From Candidatus Margulisiibacteriota bacterium (GTDB lineage: Bacteria > Margulisbacteria > Marinamargulisbacteria > JBFWNS01): DNA of 64,000 nt. Numbering within the stretch: the stretch's first letter is position 1; each line of letters begins with the position of its first letter. The stretch is from contig JBFWNS010000002.1 of NCBI GenBank assembly GCA_050250935.1, positions 166,433-230,432 of the forward strand, given 5' to 3'. The position numbers and the translations under genes are program-made. The notes under the pieces were generated by a model. That model made no database searches and was not told where the DNA came from. It saw only the letters and a program-made list of their open reading frames with translations. This document shows positions 38,923 through 47,865 of this stretch, one piece after another.

Positions 38923-40415
38923 ATTTACGTTGTACCACTGGCGATGCAGCCAGCAAAAAAACCGATGTTTTAATTTTGCCATTTTTTGAGTCTGAAAAAC
39001 CCAAAACCGGGGTCAAAAAAACCTTGGATCAAACACTCAAAAATCACCTGACCCAACTTATCCAAACCAGGATTTTTGCAGGCAAACTGGGTCAAATTTG
39101 TGTGGTCCCAACTTTGGGACTGGCCCGGGCAAAGCAAGTGCTCTTGTTGGGCCTTGGCAAACAAGGAGACCTCAGCCTCAACACCTTTCGCAATGCCGGT
39201 GGCGATTTGGCCCGAGCGTTGGAAAAACAAAAAGCCAAAACCGGGGTGCTAAGTCTGGATGAAACCTCCCTTAAAAAATTCCCCCTTCCCGACATTGGTC
39301 AAGCCCTTGCAGAAGGATTGTTTTTGGGCCAATACCGCTTTAATACTTATTTAACCAACAGCAAAGACAGCCTATCCATCGACCTGCAATGGATGAGCCC
39401 TTCTAAAAAAACCACCACAGCCTTGTCCGAAAACTTGGATGTTGCCTTGGCCTTGGCCAGTGCCACCAACACGGCCAGAGATTTGGCCAACACCCCGCCC
39501 AACGACATGACACCCCGTATTTTTGTGGATTCTGTTCGCAATGTGTTTGCCGACTATCCCCACCTTAAACTCGAGGTTATCGACCGCAAAAAAGCCAAAG
39601 AATTGGGTATGGGTGCTTTCTTGGGCGTGGCCCAAGGCAGTGTGGAAGAGCCGTTTATGGCCATTTTGCGCTACATGCCCATTAAAAAACAGGCGCCAAT
39701 TGCCCTCTTGGGCAAGGGCATTACCTTCGACACCGGTGGTATTTCCATTAAACCCGCCGCCAAAATGAGCGAAATGAAAGGCGACATGAGCGGGGCTGCT
39801 GCTGTGTTTGGCGCCATGAAGGCCATTGCCGAACTTCAACCTCAAGTCAACGTGATGGGGATGATGGTTCTGGCCGAAAACATGCCTTCGGGTTCGGCCC
39901 AACGACCTGGGGATATCGTCAAAGCCATGAACGGCAAAACCATCGAAATTTTGAACACCGACGCCGAAGGGCGATTGGTGCTGGCCGATGCCCTGTGTTA
40001 CGCCGTCCAAGAAGGGGCCAAAACCCTGATCGACATCGCCACTTTAACCGGTGCGGCCTGTGTGGCCTTGGGCGAAATGGCCTCTGGGGTATTGGGCAAC
40101 AACCAAGCCCTGATCAACCACCTAATTAAAATTGGAAACGCCAACGGCGACCGGCTGTGGCAACTACCTTTGTTCGACGAGTATTTGGATTATTTAAAAT
40201 CTGAGGCCGCCGATTTGGCCAACTGCAGCGAAGGCCGCTATGGGGGTACTTGCTCGGCTGCCAAGTTTTTGGAGCAGTTTGTGGGCAAAACCCCTTGGGC
40301 CCATTTGGACATTGCCCCGATGATGCACTTTTCCAAAGCCACTGGCTATACCAGTAAAGGCATGTCTGGGGTCGGTGCCAGAACCTTGGCCACCTACGTT
40401 CTCGACCAGGCCTAG
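38919..40415 (+). CDS. pepA: Leucyl aminopeptidase (M17)
   Basis: GKGITFDTGG, MKGDMSG, NTDAEGRL, ATLTGA, WAHLDIA. Confidence 0.96.
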   Translation: MNLRCTTGDAASKKTDVLILPFFESEKPKTGVKKTLDQTLKNHLTQLIQTRIFAGKLGQICVVPTLGLARAKQVLLLGLGKQGDLSLNTFRNAGGDLARALEKQKAKTGVLSLDETSLKKFPLPDIGQALAEGLFLGQYRFNTYLTNSKDSLSIDLQWMSPSKKTTTALSENLDVALALASATNTARDLANTPPNDMTPRIFVDSVRNVFADYPHLKLEVIDRKKAKELGMGAFLGVAQGSVEEPFMAILRYMPIKKQAPIALLGKGITFDTGGISIKPAAKMSEMKGDMSGAAAVFGAMKAIAELQPQVNVMGMMVLAENMPSGSAQRPGDIVKAMNGKTIEILNTDAEGRLVLADALCYAVQEGAKTLIDIATLTGAACVALGEMASGVLGNNQALINHLIKIGNANGDRLWQLPLFDEYLDYLKSEAADLANCSEGRYGGTCSAAKFLEQFVGKTPWAHLDIAPMMHFSKATGYTSKGMSGVGARTLATYVLDQA

Positions 40416-40416
40416 G

Positions 40417-41517
40417 ATGTCGTGGGCGGAAGACCTTTCCCGGATTGATTCGGAGGGTTGCCGCCGTCGGCTGGGGTCGTTGAAGGGCGCTGTTGGGGCA
40501 GACTTTACCACCAACGATAGTTTGGGGCTGAGTACGCATCCGGCATTGCTCGAATCGGTGAAGGCCTCGTTTTCGAAAATGGGGGCAACAGGGTCTCGGT
40601 TGTTGGGTGGCGATAGCCCGACCCTTCGGGAACTCGAAGCAGCCCTGGCCCAGTGGTTGAGCATCGAATCGGCCCTGGTTTTTAATTCGGGCTATCATGC
40701 CAACACCGGCATTTTGCCGGCTTTGTATGGGCCAGGGGATGTCGTGTTTGCCGACCGCTTGTGTCATGCCAGTTTGTGGGATGGCATTGCCCTTTCCAAG
40801 GCCAGTTTACACCGGTTTGCCCACAACGATCTTACCCATTTGGAAACCTTGCTTAAAAAACACCGTCCAAACGCCAAACGCGCCGTGATTGTGGCCGAAG
40901 CCTTGTTCAGCATGGACGGGGATTTTGCGCCTTTATCGGATTTGGTTCGGCTTAAACACCAGTTTGGGGCCGAACTCTATGTGGACGAAGCCCACAGCAT
41001 TGGCGCCTATGGCCCCACCGGAAACGGCCTTGTAGGCCTTTTGGGATTGGAAAAAGACATCGATTTTTGGGTGGGGACATTTGGAAAAGCCTTTGGTAGT
41101 TACGGGGCTTTTGTGGGCTGTGCGGACATCCTCAAACACCTGCTGATTAACAAAGCCCGGCCCTTTATTTTTTCGACAGCCCTACCCCAACCCGTCGTGG
41201 CTTGGAACCTGGCTGCAATCCACTTAATGCCCCATCTGCACAGCGAACGCCAGACCTTGCACCGGCATAGTGCTCAGTTTCGGGATCATCTGCCGGGCAC
41301 CCCAAGCACCTCGCACATTGTGCCGGTGATTACCGGGTCTGCAGCCAGCGCCCTGGCTTTGGCCGACCGTTTGCACACCGAGGGTTTTGCTGTAACGGCC
41401 ATTCGTCACCCCACGGTTCCCAAGGGAACAGAACGGATTCGGCTATCGTTAACGGCGACCCACAGCCCAGACACCCTTCACCACCTGTTACACATCCTCT
41501 CGGAGACCCTAGCATGA
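40417..41517 (+). CDS. bioF: 8-amino-7-oxononanoate synthase
   Basis: NDSLGL, GSRLLGG, SGYHAN, FSMDGD, DEAH, TFGKA, FIFSTAL, PTVPKG..RIR; adjacent to a BioH-like hydrolase. Confidence 0.9.
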   Translation: MSWAEDLSRIDSEGCRRRLGSLKGAVGADFTTNDSLGLSTHPALLESVKASFSKMGATGSRLLGGDSPTLRELEAALAQWLSIESALVFNSGYHANTGILPALYGPGDVVFADRLCHASLWDGIALSKASLHRFAHNDLTHLETLLKKHRPNAKRAVIVAEALFSMDGDFAPLSDLVRLKHQFGAELYVDEAHSIGAYGPTGNGLVGLLGLEKDIDFWVGTFGKAFGSYGAFVGCADILKHLLINKARPFIFSTALPQPVVAWNLAAIHLMPHLHSERQTLHRHSAQFRDHLPGTPSTSHIVPVITGSAASALALADRLHTEGFAVTAIRHPTVPKGTERIRLSLTATHSPDTLHHLLHILSETLA

Positions 41518-42113
41518 CCACCCTGTATCTGCCCGGTTGGGCCACCTTGCCTACTTTGTTCCCTAACTATCACGACGCAAACACCGTTCACCTTCCCGGC
41601 CCGATGATGTCGTATTATCCCGAATTTTTCGACGCCATTGCCGAACCCCTGCATGTGGTGGGATTTTCGCTGGGCTGCTATTTGGCCCAGGATTTTTTTA
41701 GGGCTCACCCCAGCAAAGTTTTGTCGATGACCTTTCATGGGGCCCGCCCCCAGTATCCCGATAGCGATGTTCAAGGTGTTCGCAAAGCGGTTTCCCAAAC
41801 CCCATCCCGAACCCGAGCCTATCTGACCCAATTTTACAAAGCCTGTTTCACCAATCCCATCGAGCACGCCCTGTTCAAAACAACCCTGGAAGCTTCGTTT
41901 TTAGACACCTTTACCCAACCCTTGCTAGAAGAAGGCCTGGACTATATTGCCACCTCTAAATTGGACGGGGGTTTGCTTCAACAGGTTCCAAATTTAAGCA
42001 TTTGTCACGGTCAAGAAGACGCCATTGCCCCGTTTTTTGAAACGGAAAACTTCTGCACGGAATTTTCCCTTCCCTTCTTCCCTCACCCTGGGGGGCATTC
42101 GATTCCAACTTAA
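41514..42113 (+). CDS. Alpha/beta hydrolase, probable pimeloyl-ACP methyl ester esterase (BioH-like)
   Basis: LPGWA, GFSLG nucleophile, HGQED, GGH; coupled to bioF. Confidence 0.7.
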   Translation: MTTLYLPGWATLPTLFPNYHDANTVHLPGPMMSYYPEFFDAIAEPLHVVGFSLGCYLAQDFFRAHPSKVLSMTFHGARPQYPDSDVQGVRKAVSQTPSRTRAYLTQFYKACFTNPIEHALFKTTLEASFLDTFTQPLLEEGLDYIATSKLDGGLLQQVPNLSICHGQEDAIAPFFETENFCTEFSLPFFPHPGGHSIPT

Positions 42114-42175
42114 CCCAAGCCGCTGAAATTTTTGATGTGTTTTTTCGATAATTTTTTAAAACACAAGGACTCAGG

Positions 42176-43198
42176 ATGTTATTTCAAAAATTTGTTTCAC
42201 TGGCACACACTGAAGAAGACAGCGAAATAGGCTCCCCTGCCAAACGGGTACACCTAGACACCCGGAAGCCCTCAGCGGAAATACAAACGGTTTGGATTCA
42301 TACTGCTTTAGCCAACCATTTTGGCCTGGTTGAAAGGGCCCAAGACTGCCTTCGGAATCAGGACACTATTCGTGCCCGTATCGAGCAGTTTTACATTGAT
42401 CCCGCCCGTTATGCCAATGAAACAATGCAAAAATTTTTGTCCTGTTGCCAATTTATCGTCGATTCTGGGCGGTTGCCGGTCTCCTCGAATCAACCTACAA
42501 AAACCCACTCCCCCGAAGATCAGGCTGCGAGTTGGCTCGGCCATTGTCTCTCAAATGCTCGCACTAACGCTAGCAACACAGCCACTGATGCGGTCAGTCG
42601 GTATTTGGTGGCGCAGCTCTTTGGAACCCATCAACCCTTTTTTATTCAAAACAGACTCCAAGACCTTCAATTTCTTTCAACCTTAAAATACGTGGACGAT
42701 TGTATCCGACAACACAACCGGCTTCCCAACACAACAGAAGATTCTCCCGTCTACAAGGCCTATCAAAACATTTTTAACCACTACCCCAGAGGATTCCCAC
42801 AAGACCTGCAACGCTTTGTTGACCATCTTTTTCCACCAGAACGCCTATTGCCCTATGTGCGCCCCACTGGCGATATGGCGCTTAATAAACTCTTTTCTGC
42901 CTTGATTGAGCATTTTCGATCCCATGGAAATGCGAACCCCTATTCTCACACCAAAAGTGATAGCGAGCTTGTCCGTTGGTGGGAAGAGAAGTTCAGATCT
43001 GAGGGGAAAACAAGAAAACATTCTATTACCTCTCAGGCAGAAGCAAAAGTTAACCGTATTCTAGAGCTTAGAAAAGCCATTGCGACCCTTAAAGAAGGGG
43101 ATTGGAATGACCAAGCCCTACACCTTGCCCAGCATATTGGGCTAATTGCCCCTCCAGCACCTGCTCCAGCCGCCGCAGCACCAGCTGCCCAGGCTTAG
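42176..43198 (+). CDS. Orphan protein with NLS-like motif and degenerate helicase-associated (HA)-like repeats
   Basis: SPAKRVHLD near the N-terminus; repeats of F/I...G/N-R-L-P...W type; Pro/Ala tail. Confidence 0.55.
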   Translation: MLFQKFVSLAHTEEDSEIGSPAKRVHLDTRKPSAEIQTVWIHTALANHFGLVERAQDCLRNQDTIRARIEQFYIDPARYANETMQKFLSCCQFIVDSGRLPVSSNQPTKTHSPEDQAASWLGHCLSNARTNASNTATDAVSRYLVAQLFGTHQPFFIQNRLQDLQFLSTLKYVDDCIRQHNRLPNTTEDSPVYKAYQNIFNHYPRGFPQDLQRFVDHLFPPERLLPYVRPTGDMALNKLFSALIEHFRSHGNANPYSHTKSDSELVRWWEEKFRSEGKTRKHSITSQAEAKVNRILELRKAIATLKEGDWNDQALHLAQHIGLIAPPAPAPAAAAPAAQA

Positions 43199-43312
43199 CA
43201 TCACACCCCTTATTAACATGAAAAAACCCTAGTGGGCTGTCCCACAAAACTTCAAGCTATTAAAGAAGAGAAGATTGCAAAACAAGCACCCCATCGCTTA
43301 AACTAGGCTATT

Positions 43313-43603
43313 ATGCTTGGTTTTTTGAAACGATTTAAACCCTTTTTGGGCTTTGTTTTGGTTGGGCTTTGGGCTGTTTCCCTGCTTTTTGGGGCCTTAC
43401 ACACCCATGCCAAACCCCACAACGAAGCCACCTGTACCCTGTGTATTGTTCAGCACTTGTCCAAGGGCATTGCGCTGGCGGTTTCGATTGGGTTGGTCGT
43501 ACTGTGTATCCGTGTTTTTTCTGCGTTTGATGCCTCAACTGCTGTTGCCTCTGTCTTCCACTTTACCCTCTTTCACCGACGGGGACCCCCTGTTTCTTTG
43601 TAA
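43313..43603 (+). CDS. DUF2946/CruR-like upstream ORF
   Basis: N-terminal hydrophobic segment, HTH..H...CTLC, C-terminal RGPP; ends 36 bp before the TonB-dependent receptor. Confidence 0.75.
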   Translation: MLGFLKRFKPFLGFVLVGLWAVSLLFGALHTHAKPHNEATCTLCIVQHLSKGIALAVSIGLVVLCIRVFSAFDASTAVASVFHFTLFHRRGPPVSL

Positions 43604-43639
43604 TTAATCGCCCCATTTTATTACAAAGGAATTGTTATC

Positions 43640-45679
43640 ATGACACGTTTTCGTTTAACCGTGTTGATACTCGGCTTTTTGGCCGGGGGTCAGCCGCTTT
43701 TGTTTGCCGATATCCCCCTACCCGAAATTACGGTTCGCAGCTCTGCTTTAACCCAAGAACTTACACCCAGCGCTTCGCATACCCACCAACGCATTACCGA
43801 TACCCAAATCCAAACCCTGCCTGGGGGTAGCATCCAACCCTTGTCCAAGGTGATGATTGGCACCCAACCCGGTGTTGTGGCCGGCAGCTTGGGCCAAGTT
43901 TTTATTCGGGGCAACCACGGTGGGGTTTTGTATACCCTAGACGGTGTCCCCTTGCCCGATTCCATGGCAACGGCCATGGGCTCGATGGTGTCCTTGGATG
44001 CCATTGAGGACATGGATATTATCACCGGCGGACTGCCTGCCGAATATGGCAACCGTTTATCGGCGGCAGTGAATCTAACCTCTAAAACCGGAAGGCTTGC
44101 CCCAGAAGGCAGCTTTTCTTTGGGATATGGGTCTTACAACACCTTTTTTCCCAGCTTTAGTTATGGCGGAACCAATTCGACGGGTTCGCTTCGGTATTTT
44201 ATGGCAGCCAATTTCAAAACCACAGACCGAGGTTTGGACACCCCTACCCCAAAAAATGCCTCGGACCCTTATGCGGGTGGCAGCTCGGATAGCTTGCACA
44301 ATACCAGCCGAAGCACCAACTCCTTTGCCAAAGTGGACTGGGACGCCGATGCCAGCACCCAGTGGAGCTTGACCGCTTTGCATGGCCAAAACTATTTTGA
44401 ACTGCCCATTGATCCGGCCATCTCCCAATCTCAAAACACCCAAAAAGAACAGAACACCACCCTCCAACTCAACTGGAAAAAACAACTTTCAGACACAACG
44501 GTGGTGACGTTGGCCCCCTATTGGAAATACGCCGACGTGGTCTATACCGGAGACCCCACCCACGATTTAGCCATCAGCCAAGACGATGTGATTCCAACCT
44601 CGTTTTTCCAAAGCCGTCACACCAACACCTTCGGTCTTAAAGGGGATGCCACTTTAACAGCGAACCCCCTACACAAACTCAAAGTGGGGTTTTTAACCAC
44701 CTATTCACAGTCCGAGGGGGATATCACCATCATCACCACCGACACCACCGTTCGGGATGGAAATCCCAGCAAGGCCACGGCCCAAAGTGTGTATATTCAA
44801 GACGACATAACCCTGGCGCCAAATTTTGTGGTGAATGCCGGGCTGCGCTTGGATGCCACCCAAGTCGCCTTTGCCGATACCACCGCTGTCGATAGCGCAC
44901 TTAGCCCTCGTTTGGGCGCCAGCTATATGCTGACACCCGACACCAAAGTCCACGCCTTTTATGGCAAATTGTTCCAGCCTGCACCGGCAGAGAATTTACG
45001 GTCTAGCTTTAGCAGTGTAGGCGGCGGAACGTTGTCGCCCTACGACATCAAAGCCGAAAAAAGCGATTTTTATGAGGTGGGCATAGAGCAAAAATGGGGC
45101 AGTCAATGGGTTAATCTGACTTCTTTTTATAAATCCGCCATCAACATTATCGATGAAACCCAGTTGCTCAATACCCCGATGACCCAACCGTTTAACCTGG
45201 CCACCGGCTATGCCTATGGGGTGGAACTTGGCCTTCACGGTAAGCTCACTCACCAGCTCAGCCATTACCTAAATTATGCCTACACCATCGCCAAAGGCCG
45301 TGGAATCAGCGGGGGTATTTTTGCTTTTTCACCCGACGATTTGCCCAGCGATCAGGAACAATATTTGGACCATCTTCAAATTCACACCTTCAACGCTGGC
45401 CTTACGTATCGCCACGATCAGTTTTGGTCCACCTTGCAGGCCACCTATGGCAGCGGTCTTCGAACAGGCCCAGACAACAACGACGCCCTGCCAGCCCACC
45501 TGACCTTCGACACCACCATCGGGCAAGGTTTTGACACAGACTTTGGAACGTTTAAAGTGGCCTTGGATGTTCTGAATATCCTGGATAACGCCCACCCCAT
45601 TACCCTGTCGAACGGGTTTAACGGCACCCATTACGCCGCCGGAAGAACCTGGATGCTTCGGGTAACCAAAACCTTCTAG
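43640..45679 (+). CDS. TonB-dependent outer-membrane receptor
   Basis: Signal peptide, TonB box EITV, plug motifs FIRG...LDGVP and IITGGLPAEYG, NILD, terminal GRTW...TKTF. Confidence 0.93.
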   Translation: MTRFRLTVLILGFLAGGQPLLFADIPLPEITVRSSALTQELTPSASHTHQRITDTQIQTLPGGSIQPLSKVMIGTQPGVVAGSLGQVFIRGNHGGVLYTLDGVPLPDSMATAMGSMVSLDAIEDMDIITGGLPAEYGNRLSAAVNLTSKTGRLAPEGSFSLGYGSYNTFFPSFSYGGTNSTGSLRYFMAANFKTTDRGLDTPTPKNASDPYAGGSSDSLHNTSRSTNSFAKVDWDADASTQWSLTALHGQNYFELPIDPAISQSQNTQKEQNTTLQLNWKKQLSDTTVVTLAPYWKYADVVYTGDPTHDLAISQDDVIPTSFFQSRHTNTFGLKGDATLTANPLHKLKVGFLTTYSQSEGDITIITTDTTVRDGNPSKATAQSVYIQDDITLAPNFVVNAGLRLDATQVAFADTTAVDSALSPRLGASYMLTPDTKVHAFYGKLFQPAPAENLRSSFSSVGGGTLSPYDIKAEKSDFYEVGIEQKWGSQWVNLTSFYKSAINIIDETQLLNTPMTQPFNLATGYAYGVELGLHGKLTHQLSHYLNYAYTIAKGRGISGGIFAFSPDDLPSDQEQYLDHLQIHTFNAGLTYRHDQFWSTLQATYGSGLRTGPDNNDALPAHLTFDTTIGQGFDTDFGTFKVALDVLNILDNAHPITLSNGFNGTHYAAGRTWMLRVTKTF

Positions 45680-45693
45680 TTCCGCCTGGATCG

Positions 45694-45724
45694 CTTCCCT
45701 CCCCAGATGTTTTGGGGAGGGAGG
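45694..45724. terminator. GC-rich hairpin between convergent TBDT and P450 genes
   Basis: CTTCCCTCCCCA / TGGGGAGGGAGG, 12-bp stem with one G-U pair. Confidence 0.6.
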
Positions 45725-45748
45725 TCTCCGCGCAAGCTAAGGTCTTTT

Positions 45749-47398
45749 TTAAGAGACGGGGCCAACCATCACGCTTTGCATACACGCATACAAGGTTCCG
45801 ATAAAGTTCCGTGGACATGTGTCTGGATGCGGTGAACCGGGCACAGTCGTCACCGTGGATCGTCTGAACAAAGCCTCAATCACACGATAAAGCGTTTTGG
45901 GCGCATGTCCCACGGCAGGACATGTGACATTTCCACCACCAAATGCCGTGGTTTTTGGCAAAGATTCATCTGCCCAACGTTCGGGTTTAAACGCTGTTGG
46001 ATCGACAAACACGTCTGGGTCTTGCCCCATCCACAACGAATTTAATACCACAAAACTCCCTTTAGGGATGACTTTTCCAGAAGCCAAAGTGATAGACTCT
46101 TGCGGAATAATCGGGACCAACGGGGATGGCGGGTCCAGCCGCAGCACTTCTTGGATAACCTGTCTTAATAAGGGAGAATCTCCAGATTCCAACTCACGTC
46201 TAATTTGTGCTGTCCACTCAGAACTGCTCTGGTGAGCCAACCGGTATAGGGTCCACGACAAAGCGGTGGCCAGTGCATCTGAACCCACATGTAAAATGGC
46301 CGTGACTTGGCGGACATAAGCCTCACTTTTTAAAAGGGCATGAAGCTGATCGGGGTTATCTCTTAATGCGTGTAACTTTGCTTCGTATTTGGCTGTACCC
46401 AAAGCACCGTACTTGCCTTGGGCTTGTTCATCCATCATTTTACAAACCATCTGCAGGGCAAAAGGAAGCTTTGCATAACAAACTGGCTTTTCTGAATCTG
46501 AAAGAACAAGGTCAGACGTTAACTGAGCTTGCATCGTGTCAAACAAGAGGGTATCCAGAAGTTCTCCGGCCATTTCAAATTCACTATCAATCGCACTTGG
46601 ACGCATCCACAAATCGGTTATTTTTTGATAAACACCCAAAAAGGCATCGGCCAGCACCAATGCCAACCTCGGATCCGGATTTGGAATCCCAAAAGCCTGC
46701 CTTAACATCACCCCCATGCTAAACGTATGGGCCAATGCAGAAAGATCCATCGATTGCTTAGGATCCACATACAACAGGGCCGCTTCCATGCTGTTGACCA
46801 CATCCGCTTCAGAAGGCACTTTGGTTGCCTGTTTGTAGAACAGGGTCATCATCTGATGATCTTTTGGAAGCGCAGAAAACGGGGATTCTCCAAAAAACCG
46901 ATTTCGAACAAAGGCCATGGGTTGCCGCAAATGGGCAACTGTTGAATACCCCGTCTCTGGGTTCAGTTTGACACGGTCTAGAAACTCTTTTTGTTCCGCA
47001 TTGGTGGACAAGTACACCGAATGACCGTCGCCTAGTTTTGTAGGTAAAGACGTTGGCGTCCTTCCAGCTTGTTTGGCCGCTTGATCAGCCTGATATTGTT
47101 CTGCTCCACGTTGCTTCAAAAAGGCTCCAAGTTCTGTTCCATAGGTTCGCCCAGCTGCATTGGTTGGGTCTTTTGCAAGACGATTAGACAGAAAACCGGG
47201 GGTTGGCGCATCTTTGGGATGGTGCACACGAATGTCTTGTAAGGATGTAGCCGGGTCTATGTCGGACTTACCAGTTTTTCTATTCACCCCATAGTGAATG
47301 GTGGGGTCCCCAAACAAATAATCCCCCACCCTTCTCACAAAATCCCGCTTAGCCGGGGACGGTAAATGATAGGTTCGAACACTGATAAATTTGTACAT
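45749..47398 (-). CDS. Atypical cytochrome P450 with N-terminal extension
   Basis: EVLR (ExxR), IPKG, FKPERW, FGGGNVTCPA heme-Cys loop, I-helix VGSDALATALSW. Confidence 0.85.
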   Translation of the reverse strand: MYKFISVRTYHLPSPAKRDFVRRVGDYLFGDPTIHYGVNRKTGKSDIDPATSLQDIRVHHPKDAPTPGFLSNRLAKDPTNAAGRTYGTELGAFLKQRGAEQYQADQAAKQAGRTPTSLPTKLGDGHSVYLSTNAEQKEFLDRVKLNPETGYSTVAHLRQPMAFVRNRFFGESPFSALPKDHQMMTLFYKQATKVPSEADVVNSMEAALLYVDPKQSMDLSALAHTFSMGVMLRQAFGIPNPDPRLALVLADAFLGVYQKITDLWMRPSAIDSEFEMAGELLDTLLFDTMQAQLTSDLVLSDSEKPVCYAKLPFALQMVCKMMDEQAQGKYGALGTAKYEAKLHALRDNPDQLHALLKSEAYVRQVTAILHVGSDALATALSWTLYRLAHQSSSEWTAQIRRELESGDSPLLRQVIQEVLRLDPPSPLVPIIPQESITLASGKVIPKGSFVVLNSLWMGQDPDVFVDPTAFKPERWADESLPKTTAFGGGNVTCPAVGHAPKTLYRVIEALFRRSTVTTVPGSPHPDTCPRNFIGTLYACMQSVMVGPVS

Positions 47399-47865
47399 AC
47401 TTAGTTTCCTGTCCTTATGAGGGTGTTTTGACGGTGTTCATTCGCACTTCTGCTTTTCTTAAATAACCTTGAAGTCACCGCAGTCAGACAATTCGCACTA
47501 TTTCCAGCTCTTAAAGCCGCAAAAACCGGCTCTACCCCTTCGGGGGATGATCCGTATTCCCGACCAGAGCTTTACCCGGATTTTAGCGTATGCTTCATCG
47601 TTGAAGGGCTTCAAAATAAGGATGAGGGGATATTGAATCGATGCGATAGCAATAGAGGAAAGCCAATGACTCGTCGTAGATATAGGCCCTATCAGAAAGG
47701 GCTATCTGTTTAAACATTTTTACAGAACTATAGCGATGATTCCAAACCCTGTAAATATACTTACAAAAATTATCCTAGCTTGGATGCATTTTTTTAATTT
47801 TTGTTAACTTAATTTCTCTTTAAGAAATTCGCCAAGAATCGCTTCCCACTGTATGATAAATTTCT

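Noticed and set aside
40417..41517. BioF-family enzyme as a CqsA/LqsA-type autoinducer synthase for the 6-TM kinases
   Set aside because: It has canonical BioF motifs, is coupled to a BioH-like esterase and lies 10 kb from the kinases; biotin synthesis is the simpler reading.
47399..47865. 467-bp intergenic region as a riboswitch, ncRNA or small gene
   Set aside because: No recognisable RNA motif and only short uninformative ORFs. It is compatible with divergent promoters; an Rfam/Infernal search would be needed to exclude an RNA.
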